From Lophium mytilinum (lineage: Eukaryota): 64,000 bases of DNA. Shown piece after piece: positions 1-11,344 of the stretch (positions are counted from its first letter, which is position 1; every line of letters starts with the position of its first letter). The notes beneath the pieces were generated by a model that was not told the origin of the DNA, did no database searches, and was given only the letters and a program-made list of their open reading frames with translations. Location of the stretch: the NCBI GenBank assembly GCA_010093605.1, contig MU004188.1, forward strand, positions 1,813,918 to 1,877,917, read 5' to 3'. A program made the translations under genes and the position numbers.

Positions 1-663
1 CCTCCCACCACCAACTTCTCGAAAGACGAGCAATTCGACATCGCAGCATTAAAGAGCTTACGAGATATGACCACGCCCGCCCTCGGCAGCCCCTCTATCC
101 CGGACACCACGAGACGCGCGTATACAGCCAATCTCTTCGCAAACTCCCTTATCCATGCGACCGAGCCTGGCGAGATCCCACCCCCCGGCACTGGCCCGCT
201 CACAGATCTCTATAAACCCCGCTACGGCCGCACAGCCGACCCGCCGCCCGCTCTCCGCACGCGCATGGCATACGTTTGCCTCGCCGAGCTCGTGTCTCTT
301 GTGTCCGTCCACGATAGCAGCGTCGAGCGCGTCAAGCTCTCGCAGGCGGCAGCGCCATACTTCATTCTCCGCGCGGCGCTGCCACTGAAGGCGTATATTG
401 CGGACCAGCCGCTTAGGGGCCGCATGCCCCAGCCGGAGAGCCAGAAGCGGGAGTTGCTGGAAGTGGTGAGGGCGATGAAGGGGATGGAGTGTGAGCCCAG
501 GGCTATTCCGGATGCGGAGGGGGTGAGTGCGCCGATGAAGAAGCATTTGGTGAGGCTATTTCCGCTGGTTTGTTCGGCGATTAGGGTCGCGAGGGGGGAT
601 GGAGAGGTCAGTGGGGAGTTGATTGGGTTGGTGGAAGGGGTGGGGGAGGAGTTTGGGGTGTAG
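1..663 (+). CDS. MON2: Mon2 (endosomal/Golgi Sec7-related protein), C-terminal part; 5' end outside the window
   Basis: Frame is open from base 1 to TAG at 663. The motif AAPYFILRAALPLKAYIADQPLRGRMPQPESQKRELL resembles the C-terminus of Pezizomycotina Mon2. Confidence 0.75.
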   Translation, partial: PPTTNFSKDEQFDIAALKSLRDMTTPALGSPSIPDTTRRAYTANLFANSLIHATEPGEIPPPGTGPLTDLYKPRYGRTADPPPALRTRMAYVCLAELVSLVSVHDSSVERVKLSQAAAPYFILRAALPLKAYIADQPLRGRMPQPESQKRELLEVVRAMKGMECEPRAIPDAEGVSAPMKKHLVRLFPLVCSAIRVARGDGEVSGELIGLVEGVGEEFGV

Positions 664-1846
664 ATGAGGGAGAGGAGGAGTAAGAGGGAGGATGGAGTCT
701 GGTGCGAATGGAGGTTGGTCTCGAGAGAGGTCGAGTGACGGGAAACTAAGAAATATATCCCAGCCCGAAAATATTGGACACGTGTCAAGCACCGAGGAAG
801 TGACACCGCGTGATTATCACAGTAGAAACAACCACGCCGTGCGGGCTCCCCAAAAGAATGCGAATCAGAAAGTGTAGAGCACTAAGCAAGCAACACTGCG
901 GGAAAATAAAAGCATTTTCCTAAACCAGATGGACGTCAGGTTCAATGGTGTAGAGTCTAGAGAAAGGCACACCACGTCCATTACTCCCACGAGCAACTAC
1001 GACGCGTGATCATCTTATTTCAGATGGTTCGTCGGGATGAAATTGCAGAGCAAAGAGAGAGTGACATCGCTTGGTTGCACTTATCACGCCAGGGACCTCT
1101 AGATTGAGACAGCCACATTATATAGTCCTATATAAGTGTAGAGCACTGAGGAAGGAACGTCGCGTAGTTCTTTCTACACACAGAAGCAACCACGTTTTGT
1201 AACTCTTGTTGGGTTCAGATATTCAGGTTGAAAAGTGTGAAGTCCAAAAGAAGTAACATCGCGTGGTTGAAAGTGGTAGAAGTATCAACATACATAACTC
1301 CATCTCGTGGCTTCTATACTCTAAAAGACCCCTAAACCTGCATGAGTCGATCATGGGGCGTTGCGATTACACCGAATTTTTGGAAGGGACAAAATGGTGG
1401 CTTTTAATGGCCGATGGGCTTGCATCAACTCGTTTTGCTGGTTACTTTTTGATTCGCTGGTAACACTCAGTACCCTGGGAAATAAGAATGTGGCCCTTCA
1501 AAAGATAGCCCAATTCACATAGTCTTGATCTTCGACGGCCTACAAGAACGTAAAAGCTCCGGTGTAGACAGTGGCTTGGATATGGCAACGCAAGGGCTGT
1601 ATTCTTTCTCTCTCAACACCAGTGTAAGGAGCAGCCCAATTAGCGAGTGTTTAATTAGTAAAAATGCAGTTCAACTTCTACCGCATTAAAGTCAACATCT
1701 ACTGAAGATGTGAAATTCAGATGAGGGACTAAGTCGGATATAGCAGTGTTCGTACTTCACTATTGCTCGCCCAATCCCACTGTCAGGAGTAGCTCCACCT
1801 GCAAGTAGCCGCCCAGTCGAAAGGAAGTCTGTCTTCCACCGCGCCA

Positions 1847-3525
1847 TCACATCAGCCCCCTCGTCGCCTCCTCACTCTCCCCCATCCACTTCGCCAACAC
1901 ATCTCGATCCCGAACCCGAATCCCCACTTTAAACTTCCGCGGCTCCATCGTCAAGCTCGTCGGAATCGCATTCGCCTGCAGGCAGTCCAGAACAGGCATA
2001 TCCGCTTCCTCCTTCGGACTCACAAACTCAAACGCGGATATCAGCCGCACGAAAGCGACATACAGCTCCCGATTTGCGAGATGGCTACCGGCGCACATGC
2101 GGCTGCCGGCGCCGTAGCCGTAGTGCGGTGTCCCGCCCTCACCGACGTCTAGGAACCGCTCCGGGATGAAGCTCTCGGGGTCTTTGAAGTGGGAGGCGTC
2201 GTAGTCGGCTGCATAGGCGTTCATGTAGAAGGTTGTGCCCGCAGGGATGGTGGTGTTGTTGTACTCGATGGGTTTTACGGACACGCGCGGTAGGCAGATA
2301 GGGATGACGGTCCAGTAGCGGAGGGTTTCTTTGACCAGGGCGGAGATGTAGGGGATTTTCTCTTCCGTGAGACAGGTGTGCCAGGCGTCGTTGGAGGGGT
2401 AGACGGATTGGATGGCGGAGTAGGCGGTGCGTTGGATATGGGCGTAGGAAGGGGAAGAGAGCAGGGCGATGAGCATGATCAGGTTTCCAGGAACGGTGTC
2501 TAGGCCGGCGGAGACCATAGTCAGGCAGATGGAATTGATTTCGTCTAGGGTAGGCATGTTAAATTAAGCTAAAGAGTGAGTATTGGTAAAGGGAGGGGTG
2601 GGATTAAGTGGACATACCTTCGTTCAGTTTTGCATCGGGGTCTTTGAGCACGTTGCCAGTGATACAGGGTTTGTCTGTTCCATTAGCAATTTGCGATTTC
2701 AGCATGCCGAGGAGCTTAGTGAGGTAGACGTCGCGGCGGACGCGGTATTCAGCTGCTTCGTTGTTGCGGCTGGGCCATAGCCTTAGAAGAGGAATGTAAT
2801 CTTGCCAGTTATTGCTTGTGCTTCTGAAGTTTGATACTGCGCGCTCTACATCACAGATTTCTCTCAGGAGTTCGTCGTCTTTGTCGCCGTCGATGCGAAT
2901 GCCGTAGTTGAGTGACAGGGAGGTGTTAAGGGCGTAGCGCTGGAAGTATGGAATTGGGTCTACGTCAATTTGGCCATATTTGCTATCTTCGAGTAATTCT
3001 TTAATGCTGACATTAGACTCGAGGTCGATGATCGGCATGTAAGATTGTACTGCAGGACGATTGAGCGCCGTGGCTGCGGCCTTCCGCCTCTGCTTGCAGG
3101 ACTCATCCCAGGGAGAAGTGCCGATAGTGTACCCTTGACTACTCGACACTATCTTGTGAAAGGTGTGTAGGGTGGGTCGTGAGATCAGCGCTGATTGATT
3201 CGTGATCCAGATATGCTTCACCGACTCAAATGTATTCGCGAAGACGATTCTCTGTGGTTGTGTGAGCACCGAAGTGAGGCGAGCTGTTTGAGAATGTAAC
3301 ACGTACACGATTGCCCATTCGGACTTGGAAAACTGGTCCATACTGCTTCACCCAGCCTTGAGCTACTTTGGCATGGCTGCTTCCAAGCTGGAGCAGATTT
3401 CCAAATATTGGTACTCCGGGTATTTCAGGGAGTCCGTGGATCTTTGGGATATCCGTACGGTTAAAGCAACGAACTAGAAGATAGACAACTGCAATGGCAG
3501 TCAAGGCAAGGACTTGAAGGGTCAT
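1847..3525 (-). CDS. phacA: Cytochrome P450 phenylacetate 2-hydroxylase (CYP504A-like), 3 exons (3525-3307, 3251-2618, 2544-1847)
   Basis: N-terminal membrane anchor, GLPEIPGVPIFGNLLQLG, I-helix SAGLDT, ETLR, PERF and heme motif YGYGAGSRMCAG. It closely resembles A. nidulans PhacA as I recall it. GT-AG introns restore the frame. Confidence 0.92.
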
Positions 3526-4735
3526 CCTGAGGGGAGCTCTGCTTGAGAAATAGCAAGAGAAGAAGGCAAGAACGTGAGCAGAAGTCTATGATGTTGTTCC
3601 CAGGCAAGTCAAGTGTCGAATGTGGAAGTAGCAAACAATCTTGGATGCTGTATTTGTAGAGAGCAAAAACATATCGTACAACAAGATAACAGAAAGCTAG
3701 GAAATACTTGAAATTTGAACCAAATATCGATGTGGATACGCTGTGCCGGTACAGCTCTGACAGAAACCTATTCCGCAGTAGCAGCGCTGTGCTATAGCGG
3801 GTAGCCATCAATCTGGTGACCAGTCTGACATGCAGACACCACGGCGTTGTTCCGTCTGGTATGTGATTCATGGCACTTCTCCGCTTTGTCGAGGGTCTCC
3901 GCATTCAATTCACTCCACTGCGGAATCTTCACCGCGCGCTACCCCCGCAGATCTACGACTAGTCTCCTAGCGGCTTTATTCTTCGTCAGGGGTCGGAAAT
4001 TGCTCCACATGCTGAGGTTGGCAGAGATATTTGGAAATTCCAGATTCGCCGGTTGCCCGAGAAGAAGATGTTTTTTCAGCCCTGAAAAAAAATGAAACTC
4101 AAGCGTCCGCGGAACATCACCTATCTACGTAAACAACCTTAGAGGATAAGAATAACCAGCGGACTACCTTCAACTGACCTTCCTTGTGAAGAACAGCTTG
4201 GATTAGACACGATGTCGGTCATAAGTGCCTAGTACCCTGCGAGTTCACATTTGCAGGAATACTCAGTTTTTAGGCGTCTGTTGAAGGGCTAGTCGATGGC
4301 TCGATGCGTTTATGCTTCATCTCAATCAAAATAAGACGCAGTCTGAGCCAAAAGGCTTGCTCTATACGCCCTGTAAATATGGATGACAGCCTCGTAAACA
4401 AGCGTGAGTGTAGATGGAGGCGAGCTGCGACGTGGTGTTGTGGCTTAGAATCATGCCTGCAGCTCAGCCTTCAGCCAGCTGGCAGTCGATTCTCGACTGC
4501 CGCTCTTTCTTCAGCCTCCTCGCTTCTTTCCCATCACACTTCATCGCACACTCTCTGCTATCGAGGTTACTCAGAACTCTCGTACAGCCTCCAGTCAACG
4601 AAGGATAGTATGTAGCTCTAGCTGCTCCTTGGCCTTTTACTCCACCCGGTAGACCCCACATACTGGCTAACCAACCGTTTCGTTGCTTGGACTTGTTGAT
4701 CTCCTGCCATACTTGAGGGAGAGAATACGCAGATA

Positions 4736-7135
4736 ATGGAGGTTATCCATAGAGGTCAGCATGCGCCGACAGTAGACACGAATGAATATCCCAACGGAAC
4801 GAGTGTTCCACCAAAGCCAACAGGGGATTCAAAGCAGACGAAAGGAGAGGATCTAACTTTCGGTCATTCATTTAATTTTAATCTATCCCCCAGGCAATCA
4901 AAACCTGTCGACACCATATCTGAATTCGAGAGGGACTTTCCCCCCGTGCCAGCAGAAGATCTTGAATACGACAGGTTGGATACCGACAGCGACAGTGACA
5001 GCGACGTCTCTGTCATCAATGATCCCATATCTTCGTCACCTCAGCGCAGCATGCATTTGTCCACTGAGCAAGCAAAAGCTCATGGCGAGAAAGACAGTCA
5101 CGAAAATGATTTCCAAAGCCCCATTTCAGCTGGACGAAAGGATAGGAAGACAGATCACATTGAATTCACATCGCAGCCCATGTCGTGGATGAACAAGGCT
5201 AAGGGATTCCATCCCTTGCGGTCAGAGGCCTCTACGCCGGGCTCGCCATCATCTATCGATAACCCCCGCTTGCTCGAGACCGTCGAGGAAGCGATTCGGC
5301 GCCTAATTCTTCCCGAGTTGAACGCTCTGAAGGAAGAGCGACTAAAAGAGGAGCAACAGAACCAGCAGAGTTCACAAGAAAGCGCGTATGATGGTGATCT
5401 GTCTACAAGCTCACTTGGGCCCTCGAGTAGGCGGCTCTCAATGGCTTCTGACATCTCAAGCTTACCGGCTTCAGAATCAGCACAAGCCCCGTTGATCAAT
5501 GCTGCGTTATCAAGTCAATTAGCAACAGCTCGGACTCCCGAAGATATTAATACGGAGAGCTTTTTCACGTCACATGCACTTAATGATGACAGCGATATTG
5601 AGGATTTCCTTCAAAAAGCAAGCACCTGGGGAAGCTTTCCACATAGTCGGATTTCGAAGTCTATCTTGCCTCCACGTAACGGCGATTTGCCAGCTCCTGC
5701 TCTCCGCGAGCCGAGAGATGGTCTCTCTAATGAATATGTCAAGAACTTCTTTATCCGCAAAAAGGTCTCAATTGATGAGAAAGGCTCGGTCAAAGATGCT
5801 TTCGGGAGGGTAGTCGGGAAAGCTGCGGAAGACGACGAAGGAGCCTGGTGGTCCTATGCAAGACGGATGACAATGACACTGAACGGCGACGTGTTCGACG
5901 CTGATGGGGACCTCATTGGTGTCTGCGAAGTCCTCTCCGAAACGGCAAAAGAACGCACCGACGAAGCCGGACAAAGCTCCACCACGTATAGCGATGCTCT
6001 TAACGAAGCCGAGAGCCTGATACTCGAGCCTCACGAATTCAAAGCCTTGGTGACGGACCGCAAGGACATCGCAGCCGAATGCGGTCTCGACGTAGGCCAC
6101 ACAGTCCTCGATCGCTCCTCGCAAGACTCCCTGATCGTTTCCGGCTGCCTTGGTCATGGGTCTTTGGGCATCGTGGAGGAAGTGCGTAGACCAACGTTCA
6201 AGAGCTTTGTCCGAAAGCGGGTTCAGCTTCCATACCGCCAACGGAAAAGACGTCTACAGATTATCCAGGAAGAGGCGAAAGTACTGGAGGACCTGTGCCA
6301 TCCACATATCGTTCAGATTATAGGATCCTATGAAGACCATACATACGGCAGTAAGCAATTTTATTGCCTGCTTATGTCGCCGGTTGGAGAGAGTGACCTT
6401 CAGGCCTTCATGGATGAGCTTGGAGCTCGTGAGCCAACAGAAGTGGAGATCCGCTGGTTGATGGACTGGTTCCCATGCCTGACCTCTGCGTTAGCATACA
6501 TGCACGATCAAGGGGTTCGGCATCAGGACATAAAGCCGTCGAATATCGTCCATCGAGGCTCACAGATCTTTTTCACGGATTTCAGCTCCTCGTCGCGCTT
6601 CAAGATCGGCCACACCACCTCTACCGAGAACCCAGCTCGGACATCGGCCATGTACGCTGCCCCTGAAATGCTTGACTACCTACAGGATGATGGCACACTG
6701 AGCAAGCATGGTCGAGCTGCCGATATTTTCTCCCTAGGATGCGTCTTTTCGGAGATGGCGACAATAATTGGACATAAGCTCGGTTTGAGGAAGTCCATCA
6801 ATGAGTTTCAGGATTTCCTGCTAGCACTACCACATGGCCGACGTCAAAGCAACGCCTCAGACGTAGCCCGAGTCATGCTTACATACAGCCGAGTCACAGA
6901 CAGGATCGCTCTATGGTTTGAGCAACAGGCAAACCTGAACGATGTCTTCAAAGGCGTAATCGCGCCGATGCTACGCCTTTCGCGGGAAGAGAGAACTGAT
7001 GCGCATGAGGTAATGTATAATCTTTTCCAATTGGACGAAAATGTTTTCAGAGAAAGCAAGGGCACAGAGTATCTCTGGAGCCCCTGCAACTGCCATCGAC
7101 TGGGCGGAAATCTTGAAAAGGTTAACAGTGGTTGA
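4736..7135 (+). CDS. Intronless Ser/Thr protein kinase with a long low-complexity N-terminus (fungal-specific, non-RD)
   Basis: 799-aa ORF with LGHGSLGIV (Gly loop), VRK, HQDIKPSN, TDFSSS (DFG variant), YAAPE and ADIFSLGCVFSEM. Confidence 0.85.
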   Translation: MEVIHRGQHAPTVDTNEYPNGTSVPPKPTGDSKQTKGEDLTFGHSFNFNLSPRQSKPVDTISEFERDFPPVPAEDLEYDRLDTDSDSDSDVSVINDPISSSPQRSMHLSTEQAKAHGEKDSHENDFQSPISAGRKDRKTDHIEFTSQPMSWMNKAKGFHPLRSEASTPGSPSSIDNPRLLETVEEAIRRLILPELNALKEERLKEEQQNQQSSQESAYDGDLSTSSLGPSSRRLSMASDISSLPASESAQAPLINAALSSQLATARTPEDINTESFFTSHALNDDSDIEDFLQKASTWGSFPHSRISKSILPPRNGDLPAPALREPRDGLSNEYVKNFFIRKKVSIDEKGSVKDAFGRVVGKAAEDDEGAWWSYARRMTMTLNGDVFDADGDLIGVCEVLSETAKERTDEAGQSSTTYSDALNEAESLILEPHEFKALVTDRKDIAAECGLDVGHTVLDRSSQDSLIVSGCLGHGSLGIVEEVRRPTFKSFVRKRVQLPYRQRKRRLQIIQEEAKVLEDLCHPHIVQIIGSYEDHTYGSKQFYCLLMSPVGESDLQAFMDELGAREPTEVEIRWLMDWFPCLTSALAYMHDQGVRHQDIKPSNIVHRGSQIFFTDFSSSSRFKIGHTTSTENPARTSAMYAAPEMLDYLQDDGTLSKHGRAADIFSLGCVFSEMATIIGHKLGLRKSINEFQDFLLALPHGRRQSNASDVARVMLTYSRVTDRIALWFEQQANLNDVFKGVIAPMLRLSREERTDAHEVMYNLFQLDENVFRESKGTEYLWSPCNCHRLGGNLEKVNSG

Positions 7136-7159
7136 GAAGATTGTGAATTTGGTAGACGG

Positions 7160-8501
7160 CTACAACTTTAAAGCTGGCTCGATAATGCCTACGCAGTCCC
7201 CAAAACCAACCAGAGCGCCATCGTCAGATCCACAGACTCCTGTGATGGTTACCTCATCTCCATCCTCGAGGAATCTCCGCTCTTCTTCTCCAGAAAGCTT
7301 GATGGAGACCTTCCCGTTTGCGGTTTGCTCGAGCAAGCTCCCTCGCTCTGATGGCTCCAACCCACTTATAGTTCCAGAGCCCAAGAGGTCTCCAACTTGA
7401 AGAGGACAGCCGGTGATGGAGTGGTGCGTAAGCATTTGAGGAAATGACCATAAAAGATTTCGTGAACTTGTCCTGCAAATAGTGCTGGACTGGCCGGATG
7501 ATGCTATTTATGGTCAACACTGCCAAAGTCTTACGCCGTTAGCACCTACTTTTGAGATCAACTTGCAGCTTGATATCGTACACGCTCTCTGCATTCTTCT
7601 CTTGGAGATATGGCAGAATCTGGGTATCATTCTCTAGACCTTTCACCAGGAACGGCTCCAATGCATCAGCCAGTACGACCCACGCACTGATCGAAGTCCC
7701 AAAGTTCTTCGCATTAAATGGTCCCAGGGGGACATACTCCCATGCCTGAACGTCTCTGGCTGACCAATCGTTCATCAGGACGACACCGAAGAGACTGTCT
7801 TGCGCTTTTGAGATTGGAACGGGCTCGCCCATGCGGTTTGCTCTGCAGACAAAGGCTCCAAGCTCCAACTCGATGTCCAGCTTTCGGCATGGCGAGAGAC
7901 TCGGTAGCTTCTGTTCGGCAGCAGGGTTCTCCAGGATCTGGCCGTTTGGTCTACGTATCGGCGTCCCAGACACGACTACGGAAGAAGCACGGCCATGGTA
8001 ACCAACGGGGAGATGTTTGTAATTCGGTTGCAAGGCATTTGCAGGGCCTCGGAATAGCACGCCTACGTTGTACGCATGATTCAAGCCCGCGTAGAAGTCG
8101 GTGTAGTCTCCGATTTTGAAGGGCAGATGCGTCTGCACTTCTTTTAGGGGAAATATTGCTTGCTTCTGCAAGCTTGAATTGGTCTTGAGGACCTCTGGGT
8201 AGGGAGTGTCCTTGACAAAGACGCTCTGGATGTATTTGCGAACAACGGCGTGGATTGGTCGGCCTAATGTGGCAAAAGCATTGAGTGTAGGCTGCGAGAA
8301 GACAGCTTGGTGAGGCTGAATGGTAGAGAGGGCAGAGAAGCCATTGTTTGCCGCGAAGATGGCTAGGTCAAGGGCGTGGTTTCCAATAGCTATTGCAACG
8401 TGTGGTGTCGTTGATGAAGTACTAGATATGATGCCGAAGGGGATGTTGGCTAAAGAAAAGTGCGAACCCCTTGGTATATCGAACCAGGAGTGGGAAGACA
8501 T
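7160..8501 (-). CDS. fahA: Fumarylacetoacetase, 2 exons
   Basis: FSLANIPFG, GDYTDFYA, PVGYHGRASS, LDIELELG, MNDWSARDVQAWEYVPLGPF and GDLLGSGTISG. A GTAGGT...TAG intron near 7548-7505 joins DLK to TSSGQSSTICRTSSRNLLWSFPQMLTHH. Confidence 0.95.
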
Positions 8502-8790
8502 GATGAGCGAGTATAGGATGAATACGGCGATTAGATTAGTGAATAAACATGCAACGAGCCGCGCAATTCTTTACATCATTGCAACAAGGTTGCGGCCGGC
8601 GACTAGCGGCTGGCAGCGGAGGTGAGCGAGTGGGTCTGGAGCAGACTTGGTGTGGAGATGCCTGTGCAAATCACGGGCGGAAGCATTCCGTCGTCACACG
8701 GCCTGCTCAACTCCAGCTTCTTCTCCACCTTCCTCCCCCAGCGTCCGCCAGTAGCCGTCCGACGTGTGCTGTAGCTGCCACAACTGCGCT

Positions 8791-9048
8791 ATGGCTACAC
8801 GGCTTGTATCCGCGCCTCTTCCTGCCTACGACGACCCCCATACGCCCCTGCATCCTAGAAAACCGCTGGCTGGCCTGCTGAAGCACATATCTTTTGTCCG
8901 CAAGCGTCCCAGGCACCACATCCCCCTCACTGAAAGAAACCTGACGCAGTTCTTCAACCCGGACTACTGCGACGAGCACGATGCCTTCCACCCAGTTCGC
9001 CCTCAAAGAAAAATATCGATACCTGAATGGCTTCAACTCCTACCATGA
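8791..9048 (+). other. Out-of-frame upstream ORF (85 aa) overlapping the hmgA start codon
   Basis: ATG at 8791 in strong context (gctATGG), open to TGA at 9046-9048. It overlaps the hmgA ATG (8981) in a different frame. Confidence 0.4.
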
Positions 9049-10454
9049 GTATGGGCCGCCAAGCATCGAGTTGCGTTCGGATCACTGATCGTGTGCAGGT
9101 CTGAAGCTATAGAGGGAGCTCTACCCGTCGGCGCCAACTCCCCACAGCAGCCCCCGTATGGCCTGTACGCAGAGAAGCTGTCTGGGACGGCCTTCACAGC
9201 TCCACGGCACGAGAACCAGCAGTCTTGGTTATATCGAATCCTGCCCTCCTCCGCGCATGCGCCGTACGAAGCTCGAGAATCTGCTACATATAATACAAAC
9301 CCGGAGAACAAGCCACATGAGAAGATCCACCACATCCCCAACCAGCTGCGATGGGATCCATTCGACATGGACGAGACCGTCGACTGGGTCCATTCTTTGC
9401 ATCTCGTCGCTGGAGCCGGAGACCCGACGATGAAGACTGGCATCGGCATCTTCATCTTCGCGGCTGGGAAAGACATGGATCCACATGAAGCCTTTTACTC
9501 CGCAGACGGCGACTTCCTCATCGTTCCCCAGCACGGCGTTCTAGACATCCAAACCGAGCTAGGCAGACTCCTTGTCCGGCCCAACGAAATATGCGTGATA
9601 CCCCGCGGCATCAGATACCGAGTCACTCTCCCATACGGGCCAGTCCGCGGCTACATCCTCGAGCTCTACCAAGGCCACTTCCAGCTCCCGGAGCTCGGTC
9701 CCATCGGCTCAAACTGTCTCGCCAACGCGCGCGACTTCCAAACCCCCGTGGCTGCTTTCGACGAAGACACCAGCACGACATGGCACGTCCTCTCCAAATT
9801 CGCCGGCCACCTCTTCAGCGCAAAGCAATCACATACCCCGTTCGACGTCGTCGCCTGGCACGGGCTCTACTACCCCTACAAATACGACCTCGGCCGCTTC
9901 AACACCCTCGGCAGCATCTCCTACGACCACCCCGACCCCTCCATCTTCACGGTTCTCACCGCGCCGTCAGACCACCCCGGCACCGCGGTAGCGGACTTCG
10001 TCATCTTCCCCCCTCGATGGCTGGTAGCAGAAGATACGTTCCGGCCACCATGGTATCACAGGTCCGTAAAACTAACACCTAACCCCTTTTCCTAACACAC
10101 TTGACTAACATGTATACTAGGAACACAATGTCCGAGTTCATGGGCCTCATCCACGGTCAATACGACGCCAAAACCGGCGGCGGCTTCCAACCCGCCGGCG
10201 CGAGTCTGCACAACGTGATGAGCGCCCACGGGCCCGACGCCGCGACGCACTCGAAAGCGTCGAACGCGGCGCTGCAGCCCGCGAAAGTCGGCGAGGGCAG
10301 CATGGCGTTTATGTTTGAGAGCTGCTACATGGTCGGCGTGACGGAGTGGGGGCTCAAGAAGTGCAGGAAGGTGCAAGAGGACTACAATGCTGAGAGTTGG
10401 GAGGGGTTGGAGGTGCGGTTTCGGAGGCCGGAGACAAGTGAAAACCCGGAGTAG
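8981..10454 (+). CDS. hmgA: Homogentisate 1,2-dioxygenase, 3 exons (8981-9048, 9099-10061, ~10121-10454)
   Basis: [90 protein letters not shown] and [14 protein letters not shown]. Confidence 0.95.
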
Positions 10455-10461
10455 TGGGTAC

Positions 10462-11303
10462 CAGCGACAATGTTATAAGGCTGGGTACATGGGTTCGCCA
10501 CTGCTTGGGGTAGCCCAATAGGATGTCGTAGATCTGAAGGAGATGTAGAGGTTTAGATAGTGCAGATTAGATTGCGTCTTGACTGGTTGGCTGTTCAGTA
10601 GCCAGGCTCCCCCCTACAGTGGCGTCCAGTGAGCAAGACTTGAGTCAAGCAGCGATGAATTTGTGTGCCCAGATTTATGATAAAGTCTGGGCACGCTGGT
10701 TTGACATTGCTTGAGGCACCTCCTCCTAATCTCAAAGATCTAAAGGTAATATAGAGGTTTAAGCACTGTATATAGAGTGCCTCTTAACTAGATAGCTATC
10801 CAGCAGGCAGGCTCCCCCCTACAGTGGTGTTGGCTTAACAATAGTAAAGCTTGTTCAGTTGAAGATGCGACATGAACTGTAATAGTCGACGCAATAAGAA
10901 TCAGACTACCTCTTGACACAGTGGTCACCGACTAGCGGGGCCACCCCCTACAGTGGCGTCAAGTCAGCAATACTCTGCTAAGCAATAGCAGATCTGTGTG
11001 TCACAGGAAATCAAAGATCCAAAGGCGATGTAGAGTTCTAAGCAGTGCAGATTAGACTACCTTTAAACCAGATAGCCGTCTAGCAGCCAGGCTACCCCTC
11101 ACAGTGGTGTTGGCTTAACAAGACTAGTGCTTGCTCAGTTGAATATGCGACTTAACATGTAATATTTCGCGCAATGAGAATTAGACTACCTCTTAACACG
11201 GTGGTCACCGACTAGCGGGGCCACCCCCTACAGTGGCGTCAAGTAAGCAATATAGAAGCCAAGTAGTATCAATCTATATACTTAGACTTATGGCTTCATA
11301 CTA
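10462..11303 (+). mobile_element. Head-to-tail/internally amplified array of a Tc1/mariner-type MITE
   Basis: 10462-10680 is colinear with the reverse complement of 59527-59741. There are five copies of a CCCC(C)TACAGTGG(C/T)GT-like core and a ~279-bp duplicated block (10732 and 11011). Degenerate TIRs lie at both ends, with TA after 11303. Confidence 0.75.
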
Positions 11304-11344
11304 TACTTGCAATTAATGGACTTCATTGCTCAGATCATAATGCT

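Noticed and set aside
10600..11250. CRISPR-like appearance of regularly spaced CCCCCTACAGTGG repeats
   Set aside because: The genome is eukaryotic, there are no cas genes, and the 'spacers' are homologous to each other and to a MITE.
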